Origin: Candidatus Latescibacterota bacterium
GTDB lineage: Bacteria; Latescibacterota; UBA2968; UBA8231
Assembly (NCBI GenBank): GCA_964291625.2
Contig: OZ220089.1
Coordinates: 3,936,001-4,000,000, forward strand
Length of the DNA stretch: 64,000 nucleotides
Reading direction: 5' to 3'
Shown: positions 30,148-38,937 of the stretch, piece by piece
Layout of the letters: every line of letters starts with the position of its first letter
Numbering within the stretch: position 1 is the first letter of the stretch
The notes under the pieces: model-generated
Database searches by the model: none
What the model was told of the DNA's origin: nothing
The model's input: the letters and a program-made list of their open reading frames with translations, nothing else
Program-made: the position numbers and the translations under genes

Positions 30148-30621
30148 ATGAACCTGGATGAGCTCTACCGCCGTTACGGGCCGATGGTCATTCGGCGCTG
30201 CCGGCAGATCCTGCGCGACGAGGAGGAGGGGCGCGACGCCGCGCAGGACGTCTTCGTGCAGTTGCTGCTGAAGCGGGACCGCCTGCGGGGCGACGCACCC
30301 TCCAGCCTGCTCTACCGCATGGCCACCAATCTCTGCCTCAACCGCATCCGCGACGCCGGGCGGAGGAACACCACCCCCGACTCGGCGCTCGTGGAGCAGA
30401 TCGCCGCCTGGGACGAGACCGAGGGCCGGACCGAGGCGCGGGACCTGCTCGCCAGGCTCTTCGGCCGCGAGCGCGAGTCGACGCGAACCATGGCCTTCCT
30501 TCACTACGTCGACGGCATGACCCTGGAGGAGGTTGCGGGGGAAGTGGGACTGTCGGTCTCCGGCGTGCGCAAGCGGCTGCGCGGCCTGAGAGCGTCGCTG
30601 CGGGAACTGGAGGAGCGATGA
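30148..30621 (+). CDS. ECF RNA polymerase sigma factor
   Basis: DAAQDVF, LYRMATNLCLN (region 2); DGMTLEEVA...SVSGVRKRL (region 4). Confidence 0.9.
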   Translation: MNLDELYRRYGPMVIRRCRQILRDEEEGRDAAQDVFVQLLLKRDRLRGDAPSSLLYRMATNLCLNRIRDAGRRNTTPDSALVEQIAAWDETEGRTEARDLLARLFGRERESTRTMAFLHYVDGMTLEEVAGEVGLSVSGVRKRLRGLRASLRELEER

Positions 30622-31445
30622 ACGAGCGAGAAGAGCGGACCGTGAGCGACTACCAGCTGGAGCGCTACCTGCTGCGCGAGGCCCCCGCCCCCGAGTTGGC
30701 GGACCTCGACCGGCGGGTGGCCGGAGACCCGGTGCTCGCCGAGCGGGTGGCAGACCTCCGGCGATCCAACGAGGAACTGCTGCAGCGCTATCCCACCCGG
30801 TGGATGTGCCGCCGGATCGAGCGGAAGCTGAGGCGTTCGCGCGGTGGAGCCCCGCCGAGGTGGAGCGCCTACCGCCTCTGGGCCGCGCCGGCCCTGACCG
30901 CGGTCCTGGCGGTGGCGGCGGGCACCGCTCTCCTCGACCGGGGGACAGAGTCGTTCCTGCCCGCCGGGGATGACGATCCGACCGTCCCGGGCCGGAGCGC
31001 GCCTTCTCCGGACGGCGGGGCGGTACCGGTCGAGCGGGTCAAGGGGGGCGAGGCCGAGCCGCGCCTGATGATCTACCGCAAGGTAGTCGGCGGCCATGAA
31101 CGCCTCGAGGACGGGAGCCTGGCCCGAGAGGGGGACCTCCTGCAGATCGTCTACCGCTCCGATGGCCTGGCGTACGGGGCCATCTTCTCCGTCGACGGGC
31201 GCGGCGCGGTCACCCGGCACCTGCCCGCGGCCGGCGAGCACGCCGTGCCGCTGGCGAAGCGGGACACCCTCGACTTCGCCTACGAGCTGGACGACGCGCC
31301 GAGGTGGGAGCGGTTCTACCTCGTGGCTTCGGACCGCCCCTTCGGGCTGTCCGCGGTCAGGGAAGAGCTGGCCCATGGCGACCCGGCGCTGCCCGCCGGT
31401 CTTCGCCTGCACCTCTTCACCTTGAAAAAGCCCGGCTCACCATGA
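30618..31445 (+). CDS. Putative membrane anti-sigma factor (ActD-like/DUF4384-like extracytoplasmic domain)
   Basis: ATGA overlap with sigma; N-terminal LERYLLRE, one TM helix, C-terminal GDLLQIVY...SVDGRG...AYELDDAP..ERFY. Confidence 0.7.
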   Translation: MNEREERTVSDYQLERYLLREAPAPELADLDRRVAGDPVLAERVADLRRSNEELLQRYPTRWMCRRIERKLRRSRGGAPPRWSAYRLWAAPALTAVLAVAAGTALLDRGTESFLPAGDDDPTVPGRSAPSPDGGAVPVERVKGGEAEPRLMIYRKVVGGHERLEDGSLAREGDLLQIVYRSDGLAYGAIFSVDGRGAVTRHLPAAGEHAVPLAKRDTLDFAYELDDAPRWERFYLVASDRPFGLSAVREELAHGDPALPAGLRLHLFTLKKPGSP

Positions 31446-33583
31446 CACAGGTGGTCCCCAGTCTCCGGGGAGTCGTGTCCATGTGCCTGGTCCGCGCCCT
31501 GTGGCCCGTGCTTGCCGCGGCGGGACTGTCCCTGCCGTCGGAGGCCGCGGAGGTGCGCCGCCTGCTGCTGGCGGCGGGTTCCAACAACGGCGGCGTCGAC
31601 CGCGAGCTGCTGCGCTACGCGGTCTCGGACGCCGAGAGCTTCGCGCAGGTGCTGCTGGAGATGGGGGGCCTGCACCCGGAGGACGTGCTGCTGTTGCGCG
31701 ATCCCGACATCGCCGCCTTCGAGCAGGGATTGTCCGAGCTGGGGCGGCGGGTCCAGGCGGCCGCACGGCGGGGGGACCGGCTCGAGGTGCTGGTCTACTA
31801 CTCGGGCCACGCCGACGCCGAGGGCCTGCTCCTGGCCGGCGACCGTCTGAAGTACCCGGTCCTGCGCGGCGCCCTGGAATCGGCCCCCGCCGACGTCCAC
31901 ATCGCCGTCCTCGACGCCTGCGCCTCCGGGGCCATCACCCGGACAAAGGGGGGCCGCCGGCGCCCGCCCTTCCTGGTCGACGAGTCCTTCGACATGGAGG
32001 GGTACGCCTTCGTCACCTCCAGCTCGGCCGGCGAGGCGGCCCAGGAGTCGGACCAACTCCAGGCTTCCTTCTTCACCCACTACCTGGTCTCGGGGCTCCG
32101 GGGCGCCGCCGATGGGGACGGCGACGGCCGCGTAACCCTCAACGAGGCGTATCGGTTCACCTTCAACGAGACGCGGGCCCGGACCACGGGGACCGCGGGC
32201 GGCATCCAGCACCCGGCCTACGAGGTGGAGATGCGGGGCACCGGCGGCGTGGTGATGACCGACGTGCGCCGCAGGGCCGCCGGCCTGCTGCTCGACGAGG
32301 ATCTGTCCGGCCGTCTCTATGTCCGCAACCCCGGGCAACGGATCGTGGCCGAGTTGAACAAGACCGCGGGGCGGGCCGTGGAGCTGGGTGTGGAGCCGGG
32401 CTCCTACGCCCTGTACCTGCAACGGGGGAGCGCGGACTGGCACCTGGCAGAACGGGTCCTGGCCGAAGGTGAGTTCGCCGAGGTGAAGGCCGGCGACTTC
32501 CAGCCCCTGACTCCGGAGCAGACGGGCCTGCGGGGCGGTTCGAGGCGGGGTCTCACGTTGGGGATGAACGAGGACCGCCAGATCCAGGTCGTCACGGGAG
32601 AGGGGCATACCCTGACGATGGGCCTGCTGACCAATACCCAGGACGAGCCGTTCCGGGGCGTCCAGGTCGGCTGGCTGGTCAACCTGGCCCGCGAGCGCAC
32701 CGGCAGCCAGGCGAGCTGGCTGGGCAACCTGGCCCTCAAGGAGGTCGATGGCTGGCAGTCGACGATCTGGGGGGTCAACTGGGCCGTGGGGGCTCTGCAG
32801 GGAGGGCAGGCAGGGCCGATCAACATCGCCTCACAGGTGCGCGGCTGGCAGGTGGCGACAGGGAGCAACATGGCCGCCAGGATCCGGGGCGGCCAGCTCG
32901 CAGGCGTGGCCAGTTTCGCCGGCGATGTCAGGGGCGTGCAGATCGGTTTCCTGAACATGGCGAGCCGGGTCCACGGGTGGCAGGTGGGCGCGATCAACAT
33001 CGCCGGCCGCATCGACGGCGGCCTGCCCATCGGGCTGATCAACTACTCCCACGACGGCACCCTCGGCTTCAGCACCTGGCGCGACGATCTCGGCTTCAAC
33101 CTGCTCACCGTCGCCTCGGGCGGGCGCTGGTATCACACCTCCTTCACCACCGGGGTTGCCCGGCCGGCCGGCCACGGCCACGGCCGCCAGCTCTGGGCCA
33201 TCGGCCCGGGGATCGGGGTGCGCAAGAGCGGGAGGAGGTTCTCCCTCGGCCTGGACCTGCACGCCTACCGCATCAGCCGCGACCTCGAAGAGGACTACGA
33301 CGCCCACATCGACTTCTGGCCGCCCTTCGAGGCGGATGTCAGCTGGGCTCGATCGACGACCGACAACAGCCTGTGGCGGGTCCGGCTCGAGACGGGGGTG
33401 GTCCTCGCCCAGGAGGCCCCTCTCTTCGGCCGTCCGTCGCTGTTCGCCGGGGTCTCACTGAACAGGTGGTCGACCGAGGGCCATCCCCGGCTGATCGAAT
33501 CGGGCAGCCGCTACGAGAAGGAACGGGAGGACGGGGTTTTCGTCTGGCCGGGGTACTTCATCGGCCTGCGCTACGGCCGTTAG
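31442..33583 (+). CDS. Secreted caspase-family (peptidase C14) protein with Gly/Gln-rich repeats and probable C-terminal beta-barrel
   Basis: ATGA overlap; signal peptide; LRYAVSDA, YYSGHA, LDACASG, E.AQES...SFFTHYL; G(V/W)Q repeats; ends WPGYFIGLRYGR. Confidence 0.85.
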   Translation: MTQVVPSLRGVVSMCLVRALWPVLAAAGLSLPSEAAEVRRLLLAAGSNNGGVDRELLRYAVSDAESFAQVLLEMGGLHPEDVLLLRDPDIAAFEQGLSELGRRVQAAARRGDRLEVLVYYSGHADAEGLLLAGDRLKYPVLRGALESAPADVHIAVLDACASGAITRTKGGRRRPPFLVDESFDMEGYAFVTSSSAGEAAQESDQLQASFFTHYLVSGLRGAADGDGDGRVTLNEAYRFTFNETRARTTGTAGGIQHPAYEVEMRGTGGVVMTDVRRRAAGLLLDEDLSGRLYVRNPGQRIVAELNKTAGRAVELGVEPGSYALYLQRGSADWHLAERVLAEGEFAEVKAGDFQPLTPEQTGLRGGSRRGLTLGMNEDRQIQVVTGEGHTLTMGLLTNTQDEPFRGVQVGWLVNLARERTGSQASWLGNLALKEVDGWQSTIWGVNWAVGALQGGQAGPINIASQVRGWQVATGSNMAARIRGGQLAGVASFAGDVRGVQIGFLNMASRVHGWQVGAINIAGRIDGGLPIGLINYSHDGTLGFSTWRDDLGFNLLTVASGGRWYHTSFTTGVARPAGHGHGRQLWAIGPGIGVRKSGRRFSLGLDLHAYRISRDLEEDYDAHIDFWPPFEADVSWARSTTDNSLWRVRLETGVVLAQEAPLFGRPSLFAGVSLNRWSTEGHPRLIESGSRYEKEREDGVFVWPGYFIGLRYGR

Positions 33584-33783
33584 GACCGGGTCCGAGCCGC
33601 CTGAAGCTCCTCCGGCGTCATCAGATTCTGACAGGTGCCTGCGTACCGGGTGAGCTCCGCCATGCGCCGGCGGCGGTTGAAGTCGGCGACCGCGAGGAGG
33701 ATGGCCTCGCCCCTGGTCTTCGCCTTCGTGAACCGGATGGCGTCCTTGAGCTCGCCATCGTCGATGTCGACTGCAATCCTCAT
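33580..33783 (-). CDS. VapB-like antitoxin (orphan)
   Basis: MRIAVDIDDGEL...KTRGEAILLAV...RRRR pattern; no adjacent PIN toxin. Confidence 0.6.
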   Translation of the reverse strand: MRIAVDIDDGELKDAIRFTKAKTRGEAILLAVADFNRRRRMAELTRYAGTCQNLMTPEELQAARTRS

Positions 33784-33840
33784 AGCGCTAACTTAGCCAT
33801 TCACCCCACCGACTGAGCCCGCTCAAGCGATGAAGGGCCT

Positions 33841-36126
33841 GTGAAGAGTCCCCTCCCCGCCGTCCTGGCAACCCTCGCCGCCGCCCTCCTGCTCGCCCTC
33901 CCCGCCCACGGCCAGGGGCTCGGCGAGATCCGGGGGGAGATCCTCGACCGGGCCACTCAGCAGCCTCTGCCCGGCGCCGGCGTCCGCCTTCTCGGGACCG
34001 AGCGCGGCGCGATGGCCGACGGGCGGGGACGCTTCGCCCTTCCCGGGGTCCCGGCGGGGGTGCATCGCCTGCGGATCTCCATGATCGGGTACGCCGCCAT
34101 CGTGCGGACAGACGTCGTCGTACGTCCGCGCCGGGTCACCGATCTCGAGCTGGAGCTCGACGCCGAGGTGATGGACCTGGGCGAGACCGTGGTCGTGGCC
34201 GACTACTTCTCCGAGGCGGCCGACGAGCCGGTCAGCGGAGTGAGCTTCAGCTACGAGGAGGTGCGGCGCTCGCCGGGGTCCGCGGGAGACATCAGCCGCC
34301 TCCTGCAGGCCATGCCCTCGGTGAACATGAACACCGACACGCGCAACGACCTGATCGTCCGCGGCGGCAGCCCCGCGGAGAACCTGGTCCTCGTCGACCA
34401 CATCGAGGTCCCAAACATCAATCACTTCCCCACCCAGGGGGCCTCGGGCGGACCGATCGGCCTGTTGAACACCGATCTCATCGAGGACGCCGCCTTCTAC
34501 GCCGGGGGCTTCTCCGCCGCCTACGGGGACCGCCTGTCGTCGGTGACCGCGGTCGACCTGCGAGAGGGCAACCGCGAAGAGATCGACGGCGAGGCGCAGC
34601 TCGGCATGGCGGGGGCGGGCCTGCTGCTCGAGGGACCCCTCCCGGCGGGGCGTGGGTCGTGGATCGCGTCGGGGCGGCGCAGCTACCTCGACCTCATCGT
34701 CGACGCCATAGGCACCGGTTCCGTGCCGCGCTACAGCGACCTGCAGGGCAAGCTGAGCTGGTATCCGTCCTCGCGGCACCGATTCTCCCTGCTCGGCATC
34801 GCCGGTTTCAACGCCATCGACTTCGAGCCTGGCGACACCAGCACCGACGAGGACTTCATCGTCAACGAGACCGATCAGCTCGTCGCCGGCGCCGGCTGGC
34901 GGTGGCTGTGGAGCCGTCGCGGCTTCGCCCGCACCTCGCTGGCCTTCACCTGGGCCGACTACGGCACCGACGTCCTCGACGGCCAGACGCGCGACGAGCT
35001 GTTCCTCAACTCCTCGCAGGAACGCGCCATCCTGCTGCGCAGCGACGTCACGTGGTCGCCGGCCGGGGGCGGCGAGTGGCGCGGCGGGATCACGGCCCGC
35101 CGGGAGTTCAGCGACTTCTCCCTGTTCTCGGCGTCGCGCACGAACCGCGTCAACGAGGCGACGGCCGAGCTGCGCGTGAGCCGGGGGATGACCTCGAACA
35201 AGCTGGGGGCCTGGCTCGCCCATGACCGGCCCCTGCCGGGCGGCCTGACCGCGGGCGCGGGGGTGCGCTGGGGGTACTTCGATCACACCGGGGAGGCCGG
35301 CCTGTCGCCGCGGCTGTCCCTGAGCTGGCAGGTCGGCCCCCTCACCTCGCTCAGCGCCGCCTGGGGGTTGTACCGCCAGGACCTGCCTTCGTCACTGCTG
35401 GTCCAGCATCCCGACAACGCGAGGCTGGACAGTCCCCGGGCCTCCCACTACGTCCTCGGGCTGAAGCGGCGCCTGACGGAGAACACCCTGCTCACACTGG
35501 AGGGCTACCTCAAGCGCTACCGGGACCTGCCCTTCGACCCCGACGATCCCACGGTCTCGGTGGTCGACGCCTATGCCGACTTCGCCACGCCGGCGCCCGG
35601 GCGGCTGGTGGGCAGCGGCCGGGCCGAGTCCCGGGGCGCGGAGGCGATGATCCAGAAGAAGCTCGTCCACAAGCTCTACGGCACTGTGAGCTACGCCTAC
35701 GGCCGTTCCCGCTACACCGATCTCACGGGACGGGAGCGCAACCGCTCCTTCGACAACCGGCACCTGGCATCGGTCATCGTCGGCTACCGCCACGGCGAGA
35801 CCCTGGAGTACAGCCTGCGCTGGCGGTTCGCGGGAGGACGGCCCTACACCCCCTTCGACGAGGCCGAGTCGAGGCGCCAGGGGACCGGCATCGTGCAGCG
35901 CGAACGGATCAACGAGCTGCGTCTGCCGCCCTATCACCGCCTCGACCTGCGCATCGACCACCGGAGTCACTTCGAGCGCTTCAACCTGGTCTCCTTCTTC
36001 ACCGTTCTCAACGCCTATGACCGCGCCAACCTCTATCACTACTCCTGGATCAGCGGTGACAACCGGACGGGCCGCGTCTACCAGTGGAGCCGGCTCCCTG
36101 TAGGGGGCTTCGAGCTGGAGTTCTGA
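33841..36126 (+). CDS. TonB-dependent receptor with N-terminal carboxypeptidase-regulatory-like domain
   Basis: Signal peptide; LIVRGG..ENL, GGFSAAYGDRLSS, YHRLDLRID, terminal Phe. Confidence 0.9.
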   Translation: MKSPLPAVLATLAAALLLALPAHGQGLGEIRGEILDRATQQPLPGAGVRLLGTERGAMADGRGRFALPGVPAGVHRLRISMIGYAAIVRTDVVVRPRRVTDLELELDAEVMDLGETVVVADYFSEAADEPVSGVSFSYEEVRRSPGSAGDISRLLQAMPSVNMNTDTRNDLIVRGGSPAENLVLVDHIEVPNINHFPTQGASGGPIGLLNTDLIEDAAFYAGGFSAAYGDRLSSVTAVDLREGNREEIDGEAQLGMAGAGLLLEGPLPAGRGSWIASGRRSYLDLIVDAIGTGSVPRYSDLQGKLSWYPSSRHRFSLLGIAGFNAIDFEPGDTSTDEDFIVNETDQLVAGAGWRWLWSRRGFARTSLAFTWADYGTDVLDGQTRDELFLNSSQERAILLRSDVTWSPAGGGEWRGGITARREFSDFSLFSASRTNRVNEATAELRVSRGMTSNKLGAWLAHDRPLPGGLTAGAGVRWGYFDHTGEAGLSPRLSLSWQVGPLTSLSAAWGLYRQDLPSSLLVQHPDNARLDSPRASHYVLGLKRRLTENTLLTLEGYLKRYRDLPFDPDDPTVSVVDAYADFATPAPGRLVGSGRAESRGAEAMIQKKLVHKLYGTVSYAYGRSRYTDLTGRERNRSFDNRHLASVIVGYRHGETLEYSLRWRFAGGRPYTPFDEAESRRQGTGIVQRERINELRLPPYHRLDLRIDHRSHFERFNLVSFFTVLNAYDRANLYHYSWISGDNRTGRVYQWSRLPVGGFELEF

Positions 36127-36144
36127 GGCCGGACGGCCCCGTGG

Positions 36145-37050
36145 CTACGCGGAGGCGGCGAAGTCCGGGGCCGGATGGGCCAGCCGCGGCTCGGCGGCCA
36201 GGCGGCGGTACACCTCGACGCACGACGCCAGGGTCAGGCCCGCGCGATGCGCGTGGTCGAGCAGCAGGTCGATCTGTCCGGCGCCGCGGTCGATCCGGTG
36301 GATCGACCAGGGATGGAAGCAGGGGGAGTAGGTGAGCAGCCCCTCGTCGCGGGCATGCTCGATGCCGGGCGCGTAGGCCTCGTAGACCTCGCGGGCCGTG
36401 GAGGGCGTGCGCGCCGGGTAGCCCCAGGGCAGGGCCGGAGGCCACGCCGCTGCCGAGGGCTGGCCGGTGAGGATGTTGTCGTGCCAGGCGTGGGCGGAGA
36501 TCTCCAGCAGCTCCGGGAAGCCGTCGTCACCGAACCAGAAGGGCTGCGTCAGCGGCGCCGGCGCGAGGTTCCCCGGCTGCCAGCTCAGGGTGCGGACGTA
36601 GCGGTAGCCCGCCTCCCACAGCGCCTCCAGCAGCTTCGGCTCGCCCAGGAAGCCGCGGGCGGAGCCGCCCGGCGCCGTGAAGCCGATCACCTCGCGCCCG
36701 AAGAGATCCTCGATCAGCCGTTTGGAGTCGACCAGCTCGCGGCGCACCGCCGCCGGGTCGTCCCGGATGGCCAGCATGTTCGCGTGGGTGAAGCTGTGGG
36801 ACTGCAGGTCGAAGAGGTCGTGGTCGAGGACCTCCCGCAGCCGGGGCCCCGCGGCCTCGGCGAGCCGGGCGACGATGAAGAAGCTGGCCGGCGCCCGATG
36901 CCGCAGGTGGACCTCGGCGACGGCGCGCACGCCGGCGAGGCACTCGTCGAGGCGGGCGCCTTCGTAGCTCGCGGTCTGCTGGTAGCCGTCGGCGGGCTCC
37001 CACCAGGGATAGACGGCCTCGGTGTCGTAGGCGGCTACGTAGAAGGTCAT
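36145..37050 (-). CDS. Polysaccharide deacetylase family protein
   Basis: AYDTE, SFFIVA, QSHSFTH, GFTAPGG, CFHPW. Confidence 0.8.
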   Translation of the reverse strand: MTFYVAAYDTEAVYPWWEPADGYQQTASYEGARLDECLAGVRAVAEVHLRHRAPASFFIVARLAEAAGPRLREVLDHDLFDLQSHSFTHANMLAIRDDPAAVRRELVDSKRLIEDLFGREVIGFTAPGGSARGFLGEPKLLEALWEAGYRYVRTLSWQPGNLAPAPLTQPFWFGDDGFPELLEISAHAWHDNILTGQPSAAAWPPALPWGYPARTPSTAREVYEAYAPGIEHARDEGLLTYSPCFHPWSIHRIDRGAGQIDLLLDHAHRAGLTLASCVEVYRRLAAEPRLAHPAPDFAASA

Positions 37051-37139
37051 GGGGACGGACTCTACGGCGGCAATGCGGGGCCGGACAAGCCACGCTCCTG
37101 CAGAGGTGCGGGTCCCCGTGGGGCGCTATGTTCTCGGCC

Positions 37140-37940
37140 ATGACCGATACCAACACCACTTCCATCCAACAGCAATACCGCACAGACGGATTCTTCATCG
37201 CCGCGGACCCCATTCTTCCTCCCGGCATCGTCCAGGCCGCCGTCGCCGGCATGGACTCGGTGCGAGAGGGCCGCTACGACGCCGGTCAGCCGCCCCAGCC
37301 CTCGCGCTGGAACCCGGGCGATGATCCGAACGAGCTGTGCAAGATCGAGCTGCCCCAGCAGGCCGACCTCGGGATCCGCGCCCTCGTGAGCCATCCCGAC
37401 CTGGGCCGCTGGGCCGCCCGCGTCACCGGGGCCCGCATGGTGCAGGTCTGGTGGACGCAGCTGCTCTACAAGCCGCCCCAGCCCGCAGAAGGGGAAGCCG
37501 AGCTGAACATCGGTTGGCACCAGGACCGCCACTACTGGCGGGCGTGGGCGGAGAGCAGCGAGTTGTTCACCGCCTGGGTCGCCCTGAGCGACGTGACCGC
37601 CGAGGCCGGCCCCATGCGCTTCGTCCGCGGCTCCCACGGGTGGGGCCTGCTCGACGACGGCGGCTTCTACCGCCAGGACCTCGACGACCAGCGCGACGCC
37701 ATCCCGGTGCCCGACGGCCGGTCGTGGGAGGAAGTGCCCGCCCTGCTGCCGGCCGGCGGCGCCAGCTTCCACCACTGCCTCACCTTCCACGGCAGCGGAC
37801 CCAACCGCTCGGCCGGTCCCCGCCGCAGCCTGGCCATCCACATGCGCACCGAGCGCGCGGCCCCCGTGGACGGCCGCCGTGCTGGGCTCACCGCCTTCAT
37901 CGACGACCCGGAGCGGAACCCCGTCATCTACCGGGCCTGA
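37140..37940 (+). CDS. Phytanoyl-CoA dioxygenase (PhyH) family protein
   Basis: WHQD, TAWVAL, GPMRFVRGSH, HGSGPN...RR. Confidence 0.9.
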   Translation: MTDTNTTSIQQQYRTDGFFIAADPILPPGIVQAAVAGMDSVREGRYDAGQPPQPSRWNPGDDPNELCKIELPQQADLGIRALVSHPDLGRWAARVTGARMVQVWWTQLLYKPPQPAEGEAELNIGWHQDRHYWRAWAESSELFTAWVALSDVTAEAGPMRFVRGSHGWGLLDDGGFYRQDLDDQRDAIPVPDGRSWEEVPALLPAGGASFHHCLTFHGSGPNRSAGPRRSLAIHMRTERAAPVDGRRAGLTAFIDDPERNPVIYRA

Positions 37941-37941
37941 G

Positions 37942-38919
37942 ATGTCAGGAAGAGAGTCTCCGGGCTTCTGGGTGCGCCTCGCCAGCGCCTGGCTCGACGC
38001 GCTGGCCTTCTCCCTCGGTTCCGCCGCTCTCCTTCTACTGCTCCTGCACTTCGGCGCCGGCCTGAGCACGGATGCGCTCCTGCAACTCTTCCTGTTCCTG
38101 TGGTTCCCGGCGAGCGTGGCCGCAGGCCTCACTGGCATAGCCTTTCTGAATGCCAGCGGACGACGGTCGCCGGGCAAGATCCTCTTCGGTCTGGCCGTCG
38201 TGGACCGGGATCTGCAGCCGGTCTCCCTTCCGCGCAGCCTGCTTCGCACGACCGTGAACTCCCTGCTGCTCGGGCTCTCCTTCCTGCTGGTACCGTTTGC
38301 CCGGGGAAGGGGAGGTCTGCACGACCTGGTCGCAGGCACCCGCGTCGTTCGCCTCAGACCTTCCATGCGAGGTGAGAGGCTCATCGCCCTGGCCGCCCTG
38401 GCGATCTCGGTCTGGATCGAGGTGGCCGTCTCCGAAGAACTGACCAGGCATTTCGAGAGGTTCCACCTGCCTTCGCGTTCCATGGAGCCGGCCCTGCTGC
38501 GGGGTGATCACATCACCACAGTCACGCGATGGGCCCGCCCCATCGAGCCCCGCCGCGGGGATGTCGTCGTCTTCGAGCATCCGAAGAAACCGGGGCGGAT
38601 GGTCGTCAAGCGCATCATGGGCCTGCCCGGAGAACGGATTTCCCTGCGCGACACCGTGCTCTACATCGACGGGGCTCCTCTGCGCGGTGATCGAGGTGTC
38701 TATCGGGGACCTCGACCTCCGATAGAGATCCGGGAGCCCTTCCAGATTCCTCCAGACCACTACTTCCTCCTCGGCGACAACCGCAACAACAGTGCGGACA
38801 GCCGCATCTATGGCCCGGTCCCGCACGCTTCCCTGCACGCCAAGGCGGGGATCGTCTACTTCTCCATCGCCGATAGACTCTTCGTCCACTGGGACCGCTT
38901 GGGCCACCTGGTCCGCTGA
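37942..38919 (+). CDS. lepB: RDD-domain / signal peptidase I (S26) fusion
   Basis: RLASAWLD, SPGKILFGL, LHDLVAGT (RDD); SMEP, KRIMGLPGE, GDNRNNSADSR (S26). Confidence 0.8.
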   Translation: MSGRESPGFWVRLASAWLDALAFSLGSAALLLLLLHFGAGLSTDALLQLFLFLWFPASVAAGLTGIAFLNASGRRSPGKILFGLAVVDRDLQPVSLPRSLLRTTVNSLLLGLSFLLVPFARGRGGLHDLVAGTRVVRLRPSMRGERLIALAALAISVWIEVAVSEELTRHFERFHLPSRSMEPALLRGDHITTVTRWARPIEPRRGDVVVFEHPKKPGRMVVKRIMGLPGERISLRDTVLYIDGAPLRGDRGVYRGPRPPIEIREPFQIPPDHYFLLGDNRNNSADSRIYGPVPHASLHAKAGIVYFSIADRLFVHWDRLGHLVR

Positions 38920-38937
38920 GTCCTCGCCGCTTCCGGA

